Shown: positions 9,567 to 18,633 of the stretch, one piece after another
How positions within the stretch are numbered: the first letter of the stretch is position 1
Layout of the letters: each line of letters begins with the position of its first letter
Assembly (NCBI GenBank): GCA_965216565.1
Contig: OZ244170.1
Location: 1,376,001-1,440,000 of the forward strand
Length of the DNA stretch: 64,000 nucleotides
Origin: Bythopirellula sp.
GTDB lineage: Bacteria; Planctomycetota; Planctomycetia; Pirellulales; Lacipirellulaceae
Reading direction: 5' to 3'
Position numbers and translations under genes: made by a program
The notes under the pieces: model-generated
What the model was told of the DNA's origin: nothing
What the model saw: the letters and a program-made list of their open reading frames with translations, nothing else
Databases searched by the model: none

Positions 9567-10883
9567 CTATTGGTCGCTGGCTGAACCCTTTCGAACGAGA
9601 AACCAGCGCTCAGCGGCAAAGATTAAGATCATGGAAGGCAATGCAACCCAAAGCACGGCGACATCGCTGGTGGCCTTCATCCACAGGAAGGAACCGAGAA
9701 TCGCCAAATCGAGCAAGATAGCCGCAATAGGGATCCAGACTTTCGCGTTCACTTCCTCACGTACATAGCGAATTACTCCCCAGTGCACAGCGATATCCAT
9801 CACGATGTAGAATATGGCCCCAAGAGAGGCGATCCGTGAAAGGTCGAAAAGCATTGTCAGCGTAATCGCAAACACTACAGTGTAAACAAGCGTGTGTTTC
9901 TGCATGTCGCCCGGCATCCCAAAGTGCCTGTGCGGGACTAATTCCATTTCACTCAACATCGCCAACATTCGAGAAACAGCGAATGTGCTTGCGATGAGTC
10001 CTGAGATCGTAGCGATAATTGCGAGCCCCACCGTGATATAGGTTCCCCAATCTCCGAAAGCAGGGCGGGCCGCTTCTGCAAGTGCATAGTCTCGATGTTC
10101 GATAATCTCTGAGACAGAAAGATTTGCTGCGACTGAGAATCCCACGAATAAATAGACGACTAAGCAAATTGAAAGAGAGATAAGGATCGACCGTCCGATA
10201 TTTTTTCTCGGTTCTTTAATCTCCGATCCACTATTAGTGATTGTTGTAAAACCTTTGTAGGCTAAAAGAGCAAGTGCTGTCGCGGAAAGAAAGCTCTCCG
10301 CTGAGGTCCGCTCGGTCACGCCTACGCTTTCGAAACTAAGCCCAGACACCCAGAGGCCAGCCGAGGCAAAAATAACGATTCCGAGAATCTTTATAACTGC
10401 CGTCACGGTCGAAAGTGTATCGATGAATCGGTTGCCTAGTATGTTGACTATGAACGCAACCACCAGCAAACCAACGCCCAAGATAGGAACAAGCGTTTGT
10501 TTGTCCTTAACGTCAAACAATTGGAGTGTGTAGGTTCCAACGGTTCTAGCCACCAGACTTTCGTTAATCACCATCGAAAAATACATTAGCAGCGCCATTC
10601 CAGCAGTGATGGTTCCCTTCCCATACGCCTTCATCAAAAACGTGGCGATACCGCCTGCTGACGGATAGTGTTCTGCCATTTTCACATAGCTGTATGCGCT
10701 GAAGCCTGCCACGATAGCGGCGGCGAAGAACGCCAGGGGGAAAAGTCCTCCGGCTTGTTCGGCAACCTGGCCGGTTAAGGCAAATATTCCCGCACCGATC
10801 ATGACCCCGGTACCCATCGCAATGGAACCTACCAACGTGAGGCTGCCTTCTTCATACTTTTGTTGAGAATCTGACTTGTTCAT
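9567..10883 (-). CDS. APC-superfamily (amino acid permease-like) transporter
   Basis: GTGVMIGAGIF TM1 motif, YPSAGG, LAYKGFTTIT; about 12 hydrophobic segments. Confidence 0.9.
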   Translation of the reverse strand: MNKSDSQQKYEEGSLTLVGSIAMGTGVMIGAGIFALTGQVAEQAGGLFPLAFFAAAIVAGFSAYSYVKMAEHYPSAGGIATFLMKAYGKGTITAGMALLMYFSMVINESLVARTVGTYTLQLFDVKDKQTLVPILGVGLLVVAFIVNILGNRFIDTLSTVTAVIKILGIVIFASAGLWVSGLSFESVGVTERTSAESFLSATALALLAYKGFTTITNSGSEIKEPRKNIGRSILISLSICLVVYLFVGFSVAANLSVSEIIEHRDYALAEAARPAFGDWGTYITVGLAIIATISGLIASTFAVSRMLAMLSEMELVPHRHFGMPGDMQKHTLVYTVVFAITLTMLFDLSRIASLGAIFYIVMDIAVHWGVIRYVREEVNAKVWIPIAAILLDLAILGSFLWMKATSDVAVLWVALPSMILIFAAERWFLVRKGSASDQ

Positions 10884-11113
10884 AGCGAGAGAGCTTTCAT
10901 CCGTTGGTTGAGTTAATGATGTAATCGTGCGATACGAATTGAGGTGCTACGGTGACGCGAGTCTCAGGAAGTGCACAAGCTACTTGTTCTCGGCAACACC
11001 TGAACTTGACCAGTGCCGACAAATCGCTACCTGTCTGCGGGGAGAGTGTCTTCTTCCCTGAGAGCTGTGTAGTTCTCATAGTGGTGGCCTCAGAAACCAG
11101 CCGAATACCGTCA

Positions 11114-11142
11114 TAGACAAATACCCATGTGGGGTATATTCT
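11114..11142 (+). promoter_or_regulatory. Sigma70-like promoter with CsoR operator in its spacer
   Basis: TAGACA (11114-11119), 17-bp spacer containing TACCCATGTGGGGTA (11122-11136), then TATTCT (11137-11142). Confidence 0.7.
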
Positions 11143-11269
11143 AACGTGAGTGGAAGGGGCCACCAGTCGTCAAGCCCGACCTGTTCGGAGGCCAGGAACA
11201 ATTCGTCCATGGCGTCCGACATGCCATAGGAAATATGTGTTGGAGTTGGTGGATCGGGCTTCTCTGGCC

Positions 11270-11291
11270 CGACGACCTCGAGGTTATGAGG
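11270..11291 (-). repeat. 22-bp exact repeat (copy 1) resembling tRNA-Met(CAU) anticodon loop to T-stem
   Basis: CGACGACCTCGAGGTTATGAGG is identical to 35445-35466; reverse complement is C-CTCATAA-CCTCG-AGGTC-GTCG. Confidence 0.85.
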
Positions 11292-11345
11292 AACCCCGCG
11301 AAAAATCGTTGAAACTACTGCATTTACTGCGTTAAACTCATCCTA

Positions 11346-11432
11346 GTACCCTCTTTGCGAGCTTGCAACCATTAGCAAGTTTTAGCATCGCTTAGCATCG
11401 ATTAGCAGATTTCAGACTGCCAAACAGGGTAC
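11346..11432. repeat. IR-bracketed TTAGCA array with 10-bp period
   Basis: TTAGCA at 11372, 11382, 11392 and 11402, flanked by GTACCCTCTTTG (11346) and CAAACAGGGTAC (11421). Confidence 0.85.
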
Positions 11433-11536
11433 CAAATCACCTGCACCAATCAGTCGACCAGAACAGTCGCGAAAGCAGGTGTTCAGAAAGAATGTCACCT
11501 TGAGTTTCCCGGTACTTTTGCACACGAGACCCTGGT

Positions 11537-12604
11537 ATGAGCGGATGGTTTTCCCCACTCTTATTCATCTTAGCTAGCTCTAAAGAAACCGATTTGCGAC
11601 GCCATATCGAGTTTCTACAAGCTGAGAACGAAATGCTACGCAAACGAGTGCCCAAACAGAAAATCTTTCTCGACGATGACGAACGAGAACGACTGGTGAA
11701 ATTGGGTGTAGCCATTGGTCCGGGCATTCTCAAGCTAATAAGTATCGTGCATCCACGAACATACCAACGGTGGATAGCCAAGAAAAGCCAAGGCAAGAAG
11801 CTCACAAAGAAAATGGGCCGTACCAAGACTATCGAATCCGTACGTGACCTAGTCATCAGAATTGCCAAGGAGACGGGTTGGGGATATGGCCGAATTGTCG
11901 GTGAATTGCACAAATTGCGAATTCGTTCGGTAGGCCGAACAACCGTGCGAACAATCCTCAAGGAAGAAGGCGTCAAACCGAGCCCGAAGCGTGGAAAAGG
12001 TACTTGGGACGAGTTTGTCAAAATTCACGCCGATACGCTTTGGCAGGTCGACTTCTTTTGCAAGAAAGTCGTAACCAGGCGAGGAATAAGACAAGCGTTC
12101 GCTTTAGCCTTTTTGCACGTGGACTCGCGGAGAGTAATTTGTTCTCCAGCGACCTATAAGCCAAATACTCCATGGATGGTCAAACAAGCCAAAGCGATGC
12201 TGAAGCAGGCCGATGAGGCAGACTTACGAATTCGCTACTTGGTGCGAGACCGCGATAATTGCTACACCAGCAAGTTTGATGAGGTCTTCGAAAAAGCAGA
12301 CGTTCTGATAGAACCTACCGCACCTAGGGCTCCCAACCAAAATGCATTCATAGAGCGTTGGATAGGTTCACTCAAATATGAGTGTTTGAATCGATTCATA
12401 GCATTTGGGTTGGAGCACCTCAATTACATCGTTTCGGAGTACGCATCGTTTTACAACGAAGTGCGACCTCATCAAAGAAAAGAGAATCGTCCGCTTACGG
12501 GAGAATGGCCGGTGCTCGACATTCCTCCTGAAAGTGAAGAAGATGTCGTTTGCAAAGAACGACTCGGGGGCGTCCTTCGTCACTATGAACGAATTGCGGC
12601 GTAA
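11537..12604 (+). CDS. Integrase-core (rve) DDE transposase/integrase with N-terminal HTH
   Basis: WGYGRIVGEL HTH; DDE triad in WQVDFF, LVRDRD and NAFIERW; YNEVRPHQ; RLGGVL.HY tail. Confidence 0.93.
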   Translation: MSGWFSPLLFILASSKETDLRRHIEFLQAENEMLRKRVPKQKIFLDDDERERLVKLGVAIGPGILKLISIVHPRTYQRWIAKKSQGKKLTKKMGRTKTIESVRDLVIRIAKETGWGYGRIVGELHKLRIRSVGRTTVRTILKEEGVKPSPKRGKGTWDEFVKIHADTLWQVDFFCKKVVTRRGIRQAFALAFLHVDSRRVICSPATYKPNTPWMVKQAKAMLKQADEADLRIRYLVRDRDNCYTSKFDEVFEKADVLIEPTAPRAPNQNAFIERWIGSLKYECLNRFIAFGLEHLNYIVSEYASFYNEVRPHQRKENRPLTGEWPVLDIPPESEEDVVCKERLGGVLRHYERIAA

Positions 12605-13174
12605 GACGGGTTTGAGCCGTATTCGGACAAAAAGTGCGTTCAGCCGATGAAGCTGACGCGTTGAAGCAAATCGCCAAAACCGCATCGGCCTAGTGCGGCT
12701 GAGCATTTTAGTGCCCATCGGTTCTACGGTACGTTGATGCAACCACTTTGAGTTTAGTGAACAGCGAAATGCAATCCACGGCGGCTAACGCACGCAGGAG
12801 CTGAACGCCTGAGATTCATTCAGTCCTCTATTTCCCTGCAACCGGCGAATAAATCGGTTTTTCGGCGGATAGTCCAACGCCGTGCAATTTGTTAATTATC
12901 GTTGGTGACGGAGGTATTTCCCGACTCCGGCAATAATTAATGACGCCAAAACGCAAGTATTCCCCAGGCATTGACTGCCAGCGTTCACCTCTAACGGGGT
13001 ATACCCGATTGGGGCTTCATCGCCCCGAACTCTGTTGCTAGTATAATAGCATTGTTACGCAGACAGGGTGCCATGGCGAATATTTGCTGGTCATCCTATT
13101 TTTGTGGTTTCGAAGACTAATCTTTGCCGATTACAAGAGTGAGTACTTTTAGTTTTACTTCAGACTGAATTGTC

Positions 13175-13654
13175 ATGTTCTATCGCCACCACAATCTGAG
13201 ACGAGCCCTCGGGCTCTTGGGTGTGGTACTTGCGTTGGCTTCGACTGCTCAGCAAACACAGGTGTTTTGCGTGATAGCTGGATGCAGTCCAGCTACTGCT
13301 AGCGAGGGAGAAGTGCATCATGGCACATGTCCTCACAGCTGCCATCAGAACGAAACGGCGAACACTTCGCTGCCGCATGAGGGCTGCCACGATGAGCCAC
13401 AAAACTCATGCCCAGCACCGTGTCCCTGTCCTGACACTTGCTGGTGTCATCAATCACCAGAGCCCTTCGAATTACCCAAGGCACCATCGCAGCCAAGTGA
13501 GCTGCTGCTAACTGGCCTTGTTTATCACGACGCGACGATTGCCAGCGTATCTCACGCCGAACAGTCGCTTCGAACGATGTGGTTAACGGCGTTAGACTCG
13601 TCTACGACAACTTCCGCACAACTCTGCTCAGAGTTGTGCCGTTTTCTGATTTGA
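13175..13654 (+). CDS. Exported Cys/His-rich hypothetical protein (DUF2946-like leader of metal operon)
   Basis: Hydrophobic N-terminus; HHGTCPHSCH, CPAPCPCPDTCWCH and C-terminal LCSELCRFLI. Confidence 0.7.
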   Translation: MFYRHHNLRRALGLLGVVLALASTAQQTQVFCVIAGCSPATASEGEVHHGTCPHSCHQNETANTSLPHEGCHDEPQNSCPAPCPCPDTCWCHQSPEPFELPKAPSQPSELLLTGLVYHDATIASVSHAEQSLRTMWLTALDSSTTTSAQLCSELCRFLI

Positions 13655-13835
13655 TTTTCTTCGCACAAGCTCTCAGCTTGTGTTCGTCGTTCCCTTTCGT
13701 TTTGGCCTAGTGCCAAATCCTCTGATGGGAACGGGCATTCATTCGTTGAACTGCATCCCTGCAGGTTGTTGCTGCGTGATAAGCGTAGCCAGACCGATAG
13801 CAGGGCCGAATCGCCAATTGATAATGGAGAAACTC

Positions 13836-14531
13836 ATGCACAAGAGGTGCTATAGCTACGCCACGTTATTTGTCAGCTTCGCAACCATCAGTGCAACAAC
13901 TACCGTGCAAGCTGGACCAAAACAGGCTCCTACTGAGCAGGTTCAAATTGTTGCCGAGAAAATGTGTTGCGAAGGCTGTGCCCGAAAGACTTCGGGTCAA
14001 CTGTACGCTGCTCGCGGTGTCAGAGACGTTAGTGTCGACTTGAAGTCGCATACGCTCACGGTTGCATTACCGAAACCGAATGCTGCCATGCTGGGGCAGC
14101 TTTGGCACGCAGTTGAACAGGGCGACGGCGGGCCAACAAAACTGGTCACCACCGCAGCCACCTATACTTTGGTTCGCCCAAAGGTTGAAGCAAACCAATC
14201 GCAACGGCAACGGGCAAAACTACCGGTGTCGATTGCCGTAGAGAATCTGCACTGCCAAGGTTGTGCGAAGAAAATCGCTGCCCAACTTTATGCAGTAAAA
14301 GGTGTCACCAAGGTGAGTGTTGATATGGAGCGAGAGACACTGTTTGTGGAAGCACGACCTGAGACTCAACTCTCACCGTGGCGACTCATTGACGCCGTTA
14401 CTCAAGCAAAAGAGCGACCGATTGCCGTTAACGGGCCTTATGGCACATTAGCAATTAAGTGGGCCACCGAGCGTGCCCCTAAGAATCATGAACAAGCACA
14501 GCAATCAATTTCAGGAGGACTCCAAAGATGA
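13836..14531 (+). CDS. Exported protein with two HMA (heavy-metal-associated) domains
   Basis: GGAG SD before ATG 13836; signal peptide; MCCEGC and LHCQGC in duplicated HMA folds. Confidence 0.85.
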   Translation: MHKRCYSYATLFVSFATISATTTVQAGPKQAPTEQVQIVAEKMCCEGCARKTSGQLYAARGVRDVSVDLKSHTLTVALPKPNAAMLGQLWHAVEQGDGGPTKLVTTAATYTLVRPKVEANQSQRQRAKLPVSIAVENLHCQGCAKKIAAQLYAVKGVTKVSVDMERETLFVEARPETQLSPWRLIDAVTQAKERPIAVNGPYGTLAIKWATERAPKNHEQAQQSISGGLQR

Positions 14532-15061
14532 ATACTAACAGCCTAGGCATACTCCTAATACTTTCTGGACTCGTCATCAGCACTGGTTGTGGAACCAGTT
14601 CTGATTCACTTTCTGAGCAATCTGTCACACCAGTCAGTGTTGATGCCAGCCTCTACAAACTTTCAGAAGAACCAGAGGGAGCTATGGGAGTCATCGCAGC
14701 CCACGAATCGGCCGAGGACGGGGCACCCTTGGTGCTTGTCGGTCGAATCGGTGGCTGTGCAAAACCGTGGGTAGAGGGTCGTGCAGCATTTACACTGCTC
14801 GATGCTTCAATGAGCGTTGTTGCAGAAGGTGAAGGTTCTGCCGACGGTGAAATATGCACGGGCGACTGTTGTGCGACTGAACGTCTAGGATGCACAACGC
14901 TCGTTAAGGTGGTGGATGAGGATGGGCAACTCGTTGCGGTAGACTCACGAGACCTGTTTGGCCTCAAAGAATCTGACATGGTTGTCGTACAAGGTAACGC
15001 AAAGAAGGATGAAAGTGGCAACTTCGTGATGCTCGCCAAGGGCATCTTCATCCGCAACTAA
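14528..15061 (+). CDS. Cys-containing lipoprotein, function unknown
   Basis: Lipobox-like ISTG|C; GEICTGDCC...GC motif; ATGA overlap with upstream gene. Confidence 0.8.
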   Translation: MNTNSLGILLILSGLVISTGCGTSSDSLSEQSVTPVSVDASLYKLSEEPEGAMGVIAAHESAEDGAPLVLVGRIGGCAKPWVEGRAAFTLLDASMSVVAEGEGSADGEICTGDCCATERLGCTTLVKVVDEDGQLVAVDSRDLFGLKESDMVVVQGNAKKDESGNFVMLAKGIFIRN

Positions 15062-15097
15062 CGACGGCAGGCAACTGCCTGCCATTGGAGATACGAC

Positions 15098-16267
15098 ATG
15101 TTTGGTCAACGACTACTACCGTGGGACTACGGTGTTCGAAATCTCTTTCGAAGACCGTCACGCAGTATGCTCACCTTAGGTGGGCTTACCATTGTGGTGC
15201 TATTGGTGTTAGTCGTTGTGGGCTTTATCCGTGGACTAGAGAAGTCACTGGCGGCAACAGGAAATCCAAACGTGGTCTTAGTCTATTCGCTCTCGTCTGC
15301 GGCTGACATTGAGAATTCGTCCATTCCAGGACGTACACCAGCGTTGCTCGCTGCGAGTGTGGACGGAGTCCACCAACAGCATGGAGTCGAGTATGTCTCT
15401 CCTGAGTTGTATCTTGCAACTCGGATTACAACTGCCAACTTACAAGAACCAGGCATGGGCCTAGTGCGTGGTGTTACTACTACGGCCCCACTTGTGCGAG
15501 GCCAAGTGCAAATCGCCGAGGGGGCTTGGCCGCAAGGCAATGAAGTGATAGTTGGACGCTTAGCTCACTCCAAGCTTGGGGCAAGCGAAGAGGACCTCGC
15601 TATCGGACAGCAGGTAGTGTTTGATGGACAGACTTGGACCATTAGCGGCTACTTTACGGCGGCTGGTTCGGCCTTTGAATCCGAGATATGGGCACCTCTA
15701 ACGGATTTGCAGACCACGCTCAAGCGACAAGATTTGAGTTTGGTAGCAGTCAGTATGGACTCACCCGACCGAGTCGCAGACGTGGACTTGTTTTGCCGTG
15801 AACGTGTGGACTTAGAACTCAAAGCGGTGTCCGAAAGCTCCTACTACGCTTCCCTCCAAAAATACTATAAGCCGGTTCGCATGTTGGGCTGGGTCGTGGT
15901 GGCATTGGTTGCTGGTTCCGGAATCTTCGCGGGATTAAACACGATGTATGGAGCGGTTGTCGGTCGCGTGAGAGAGTTGGCGACGCTACAAGCCCTTGGG
16001 TTTCGCCGACGTGCCATTCTCTTAACGCTAGTCCAGGAAGCAACGCTCCTGGCGTGTGCAGGAGCGTTAACCGCTAGTGTCTTAGGTCTCTTGCTGGTGG
16101 ATGGCTTGGCAGTGCGATTTACGATGGGGGCATTCATGCTTCGAGTCGACAGCGTAGGGATTGCAGTAGCTTGTGGGGTAGCTGCATTGTTGGGCGTCGT
16201 CGGGGCACTACCTCCAGCTCTTAAGGCGATGCGACTTCCGGTTGTAGAAGCCATCAAAGCGATTTAG
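15098..16267 (+). CDS. MacB/FtsX-like ABC transporter permease 1
   Basis: [13 protein letters not shown]; periplasmic core; [13 protein letters not shown]-terminal PPALKA.RL. Confidence 0.92.
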   Translation: MFGQRLLPWDYGVRNLFRRPSRSMLTLGGLTIVVLLVLVVVGFIRGLEKSLAATGNPNVVLVYSLSSAADIENSSIPGRTPALLAASVDGVHQQHGVEYVSPELYLATRITTANLQEPGMGLVRGVTTTAPLVRGQVQIAEGAWPQGNEVIVGRLAHSKLGASEEDLAIGQQVVFDGQTWTISGYFTAAGSAFESEIWAPLTDLQTTLKRQDLSLVAVSMDSPDRVADVDLFCRERVDLELKAVSESSYYASLQKYYKPVRMLGWVVVALVAGSGIFAGLNTMYGAVVGRVRELATLQALGFRRRAILLTLVQEATLLACAGALTASVLGLLLVDGLAVRFTMGAFMLRVDSVGIAVACGVAALLGVVGALPPALKAMRLPVVEAIKAI

Positions 16268-16283
16268 ATAGAGATTTTATTTC

Positions 16284-17903
16284 ATGTCAGAAACTTCCTC
16301 TCAACTTGACCTGAGTCAGTTGGCTGTTGACCGCAGCGAACCTGAGCAGACGACCATGAAGAAGAAACGGTCGTGGCTTACCAAGTACGTGCTACCAATA
16401 GGTATTCTCACAGGCTTTTTGAGCCTCTTTGGCTGGGCCGCCCGAGATAGTTTTCTTCCTGCTCAAGCGATAACGATTACTCCTGTCGTGGTAAGTCGAG
16501 CTGAAATCAAGCAAGAAGGCACTCCCTTATTTCAGGCAGCAGGCTGGGTTGAACCGAGACCAACGCCCGTGGTGGCTTCATCGCTCGCACCAGGCGTTAT
16601 CAAGGAGTTGCTTGTAGTCGAGGGCCAGCATGTTGAAAAAGGGGAGCCGTTAGCCAAACTCATTGAAATCGACTCCAAGTTAGCATTAGCTGAGGCGAAA
16701 GCTAAGCGCCAGCTACAAGCTGCAGAAGTCCACCGAGCCGAGGCTACGTTGGCGGCTGCGAAGGCGAACTTTGCAAAGCCCCTGAGTTTGCAGGCTGCTC
16801 TTGCCGATGCCGAGACACTGCTTTCAAGAAACGAACTTGAGTTACGAAGCCTACCCTTTGCTATAGAGGCTGCGAAGACACAGCAGGAGCTGGCTGCTGA
16901 TAGTGTTCGCCGAAAAGAGCTTGCTGGTGATGCTATTACAGGCAGGGTTCTTCGCGAAGCCCGTGCTGAGCTAGCTACAGCAATAAACAAAGTCAAGGAA
17001 CTGGAGGCCCGCGAGCCGACACTCAACGCTCAGCAAAAATCTCTGGGAGAAAAACGAGCTGCTTTGGCTGAGAAGCTCAAGCTGTTGACGGACGAAACGC
17101 GAGCTTTGGCTGAGGCGGAAGCCAACTTGATGGTTGCCAAAGCGAGAGCAGAGCAAACACAACTTGCAGTAGAAGGCTCAGAGCTTCGTTTGGAGCGGAT
17201 GATAGTCCGTTCCCCCATTAAAGGCCGTGTATTAAGTGTTGAGTCTCGTCCAGGGCAACGACTCTCGGGAATCAATCCTCACTCAGCCCAAGGCTCCAGT
17301 GCCGTAGTCAGTCTCTACGACCCTGCCAGCTTGCAAGTACGTGTCGACGTGCGATTGGAAGATGTGCCCCAGGTGCAATTGGGGCAACAAGCTTCCATTG
17401 AATCCGCTGCATTAGCGGAGGCACTTGCGGGGGAAGTCGTATCGGTTACCACCCTAGCGGATATTCAAAAGAACACTCTTCAAATAAAGGTGGCCATCAC
17501 GAATCCCCCGAACGTCATCAAGCCAGAAATGCTGTGCAAGGTCACGTTCCTAGCCCCGCCTTCACCAGTAGCAAAGGATAGGGAAGGTGAGTCTCCTCTG
17601 CGTTTGTTCATGCCGCAATCGCTGGTTTCAACAGGTGAGGGAGGAGCCAGTGTATGGGTAGCAGACCTCACGCAGGGCATTGCTCTTAGAAAGTCTGTGG
17701 AAATTGGTAGTGGTGCTACGGAACAAGGTCTTGTTGAAGTCATCAGTGGCCTACTACCTACTGACAAACTGATAGTCAGTGGCCGAGAAGCACTTACTGA
17801 CGGAACTCGCGTTCGCGTCACTGGCGAAGACCGCTCGATGTCCAGCGGCAAAATTGCCCCTAGAAGCAGCCGGACCGCATTGGCCGCCGACTCGAATATG
17901 TAA
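16284..17903 (+). CDS. Efflux periplasmic adaptor (MacA/HlyD-like MFP) with long coiled coil
   Basis: N-terminal TM; lipoyl halves V.EGQHVEKGEPL and IVRSPIKGRV; IKPEM. Confidence 0.9.
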   Translation: MSETSSQLDLSQLAVDRSEPEQTTMKKKRSWLTKYVLPIGILTGFLSLFGWAARDSFLPAQAITITPVVVSRAEIKQEGTPLFQAAGWVEPRPTPVVASSLAPGVIKELLVVEGQHVEKGEPLAKLIEIDSKLALAEAKAKRQLQAAEVHRAEATLAAAKANFAKPLSLQAALADAETLLSRNELELRSLPFAIEAAKTQQELAADSVRRKELAGDAITGRVLREARAELATAINKVKELEAREPTLNAQQKSLGEKRAALAEKLKLLTDETRALAEAEANLMVAKARAEQTQLAVEGSELRLERMIVRSPIKGRVLSVESRPGQRLSGINPHSAQGSSAVVSLYDPASLQVRVDVRLEDVPQVQLGQQASIESAALAEALAGEVVSVTTLADIQKNTLQIKVAITNPPNVIKPEMLCKVTFLAPPSPVAKDREGESPLRLFMPQSLVSTGEGGASVWVADLTQGIALRKSVEIGSGATEQGLVEVISGLLPTDKLIVSGREALTDGTRVRVTGEDRSMSSGKIAPRSSRTALAADSNM

Positions 17904-17921
17904 CTGGAAAGGTTGTGTAAT

Positions 17922-18632
17922 ATGCCACTTGTTGAAGTACAGAATGTCATCAAAGAGTACGCCAACGGTGAAGAGACGATTCGACCTCTTGATGGAGTGA
18001 GTCTCTCGATTGAAGAAGGCGATTACGTTTCGCTTATGGGTGCTAGTGGCTCAGGCAAGAGTACACTGTTGAACCTAATTGCTGGCATTGACCACGTGGA
18101 CTCGGGTGAGATTCTTGTTTCAGGAACCGACATTACCAAGCTCTCACGCGGAAAACTCGCCGACTGGCGAGCAGCTCATATTGGTTACATCTTTCAAACC
18201 CACAATCTTATTCCCGTGCTGACCGCCTACGAGAATGTAGAGCTTCCGCTTCTGCTGCTTCCGATGTCGACTGCGGAGCGTCGCAAGCGTGTCGAGATAG
18301 CTCTGGAAGCCGTTGATTTGACTTCACGGGCTAGCCACTATCCACGCCAAATGTCTGGTGGTCAGGAGCAACGTGTTGGTATTGCACGAGCAATCGTCAC
18401 CAATCCCACTGTGGTTGTTGCCGACGAACCTACAGGCAGTCTAGATGACGAAACGACTGAACAGATTCTGCAACTTCTAAGCCGTGTGAACGCGGAACTT
18501 GGAATGACTTTGCTAATGGTGACGCATGACGCCGACGCTGGAGCAAGAGCTAAGCGGCAGATTCGCCTGGAACGTGGACGACTGATGGAGAATGGTCAAG
18601 AAACTCAACTCACAGAGCTAAGGACCGCTTAG
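17922..18632 (+). CDS. ABC ATP-binding protein (LolD/MacB NBD-like)
   Basis: [31 protein letters not shown]. Confidence 0.95.
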   Translation: MPLVEVQNVIKEYANGEETIRPLDGVSLSIEEGDYVSLMGASGSGKSTLLNLIAGIDHVDSGEILVSGTDITKLSRGKLADWRAAHIGYIFQTHNLIPVLTAYENVELPLLLLPMSTAERRKRVEIALEAVDLTSRASHYPRQMSGGQEQRVGIARAIVTNPTVVVADEPTGSLDDETTEQILQLLSRVNAELGMTLLMVTHDADAGARAKRQIRLERGRLMENGQETQLTELRTA

Positions 18633-18633
18633 G

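Larger units (their letters stand above)
11270..12604 (+). mobile_element. Integrase module copy 1 (tRNA-Met-like end, phased repeat array, rve integrase); right end undefined
   Basis: Shares a 22-bp end and spacing with the module at 35445-36772. Confidence 0.65.

Noticed and set aside
11270..11291. Intact tRNA-Met gene at either 22-mer
   Set aside because: No D-arm, 5' anticodon stem, GTTCRA T-loop or acceptor stem in the flanks; fragment only
11437..12021. Antisense ORFs in both integrases (11437-12021 and 35545-35910) that resemble each other
   Set aside because: The similarity is explained by the conserved sense-strand genes; lengths differ and no independent coding signal was seen
12604..12960. 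Right terminal inverted repeat or TSD for the integrase modules
   Set aside because: No inverted copy of the left end or shared downstream sequence was found by eye after either integrase
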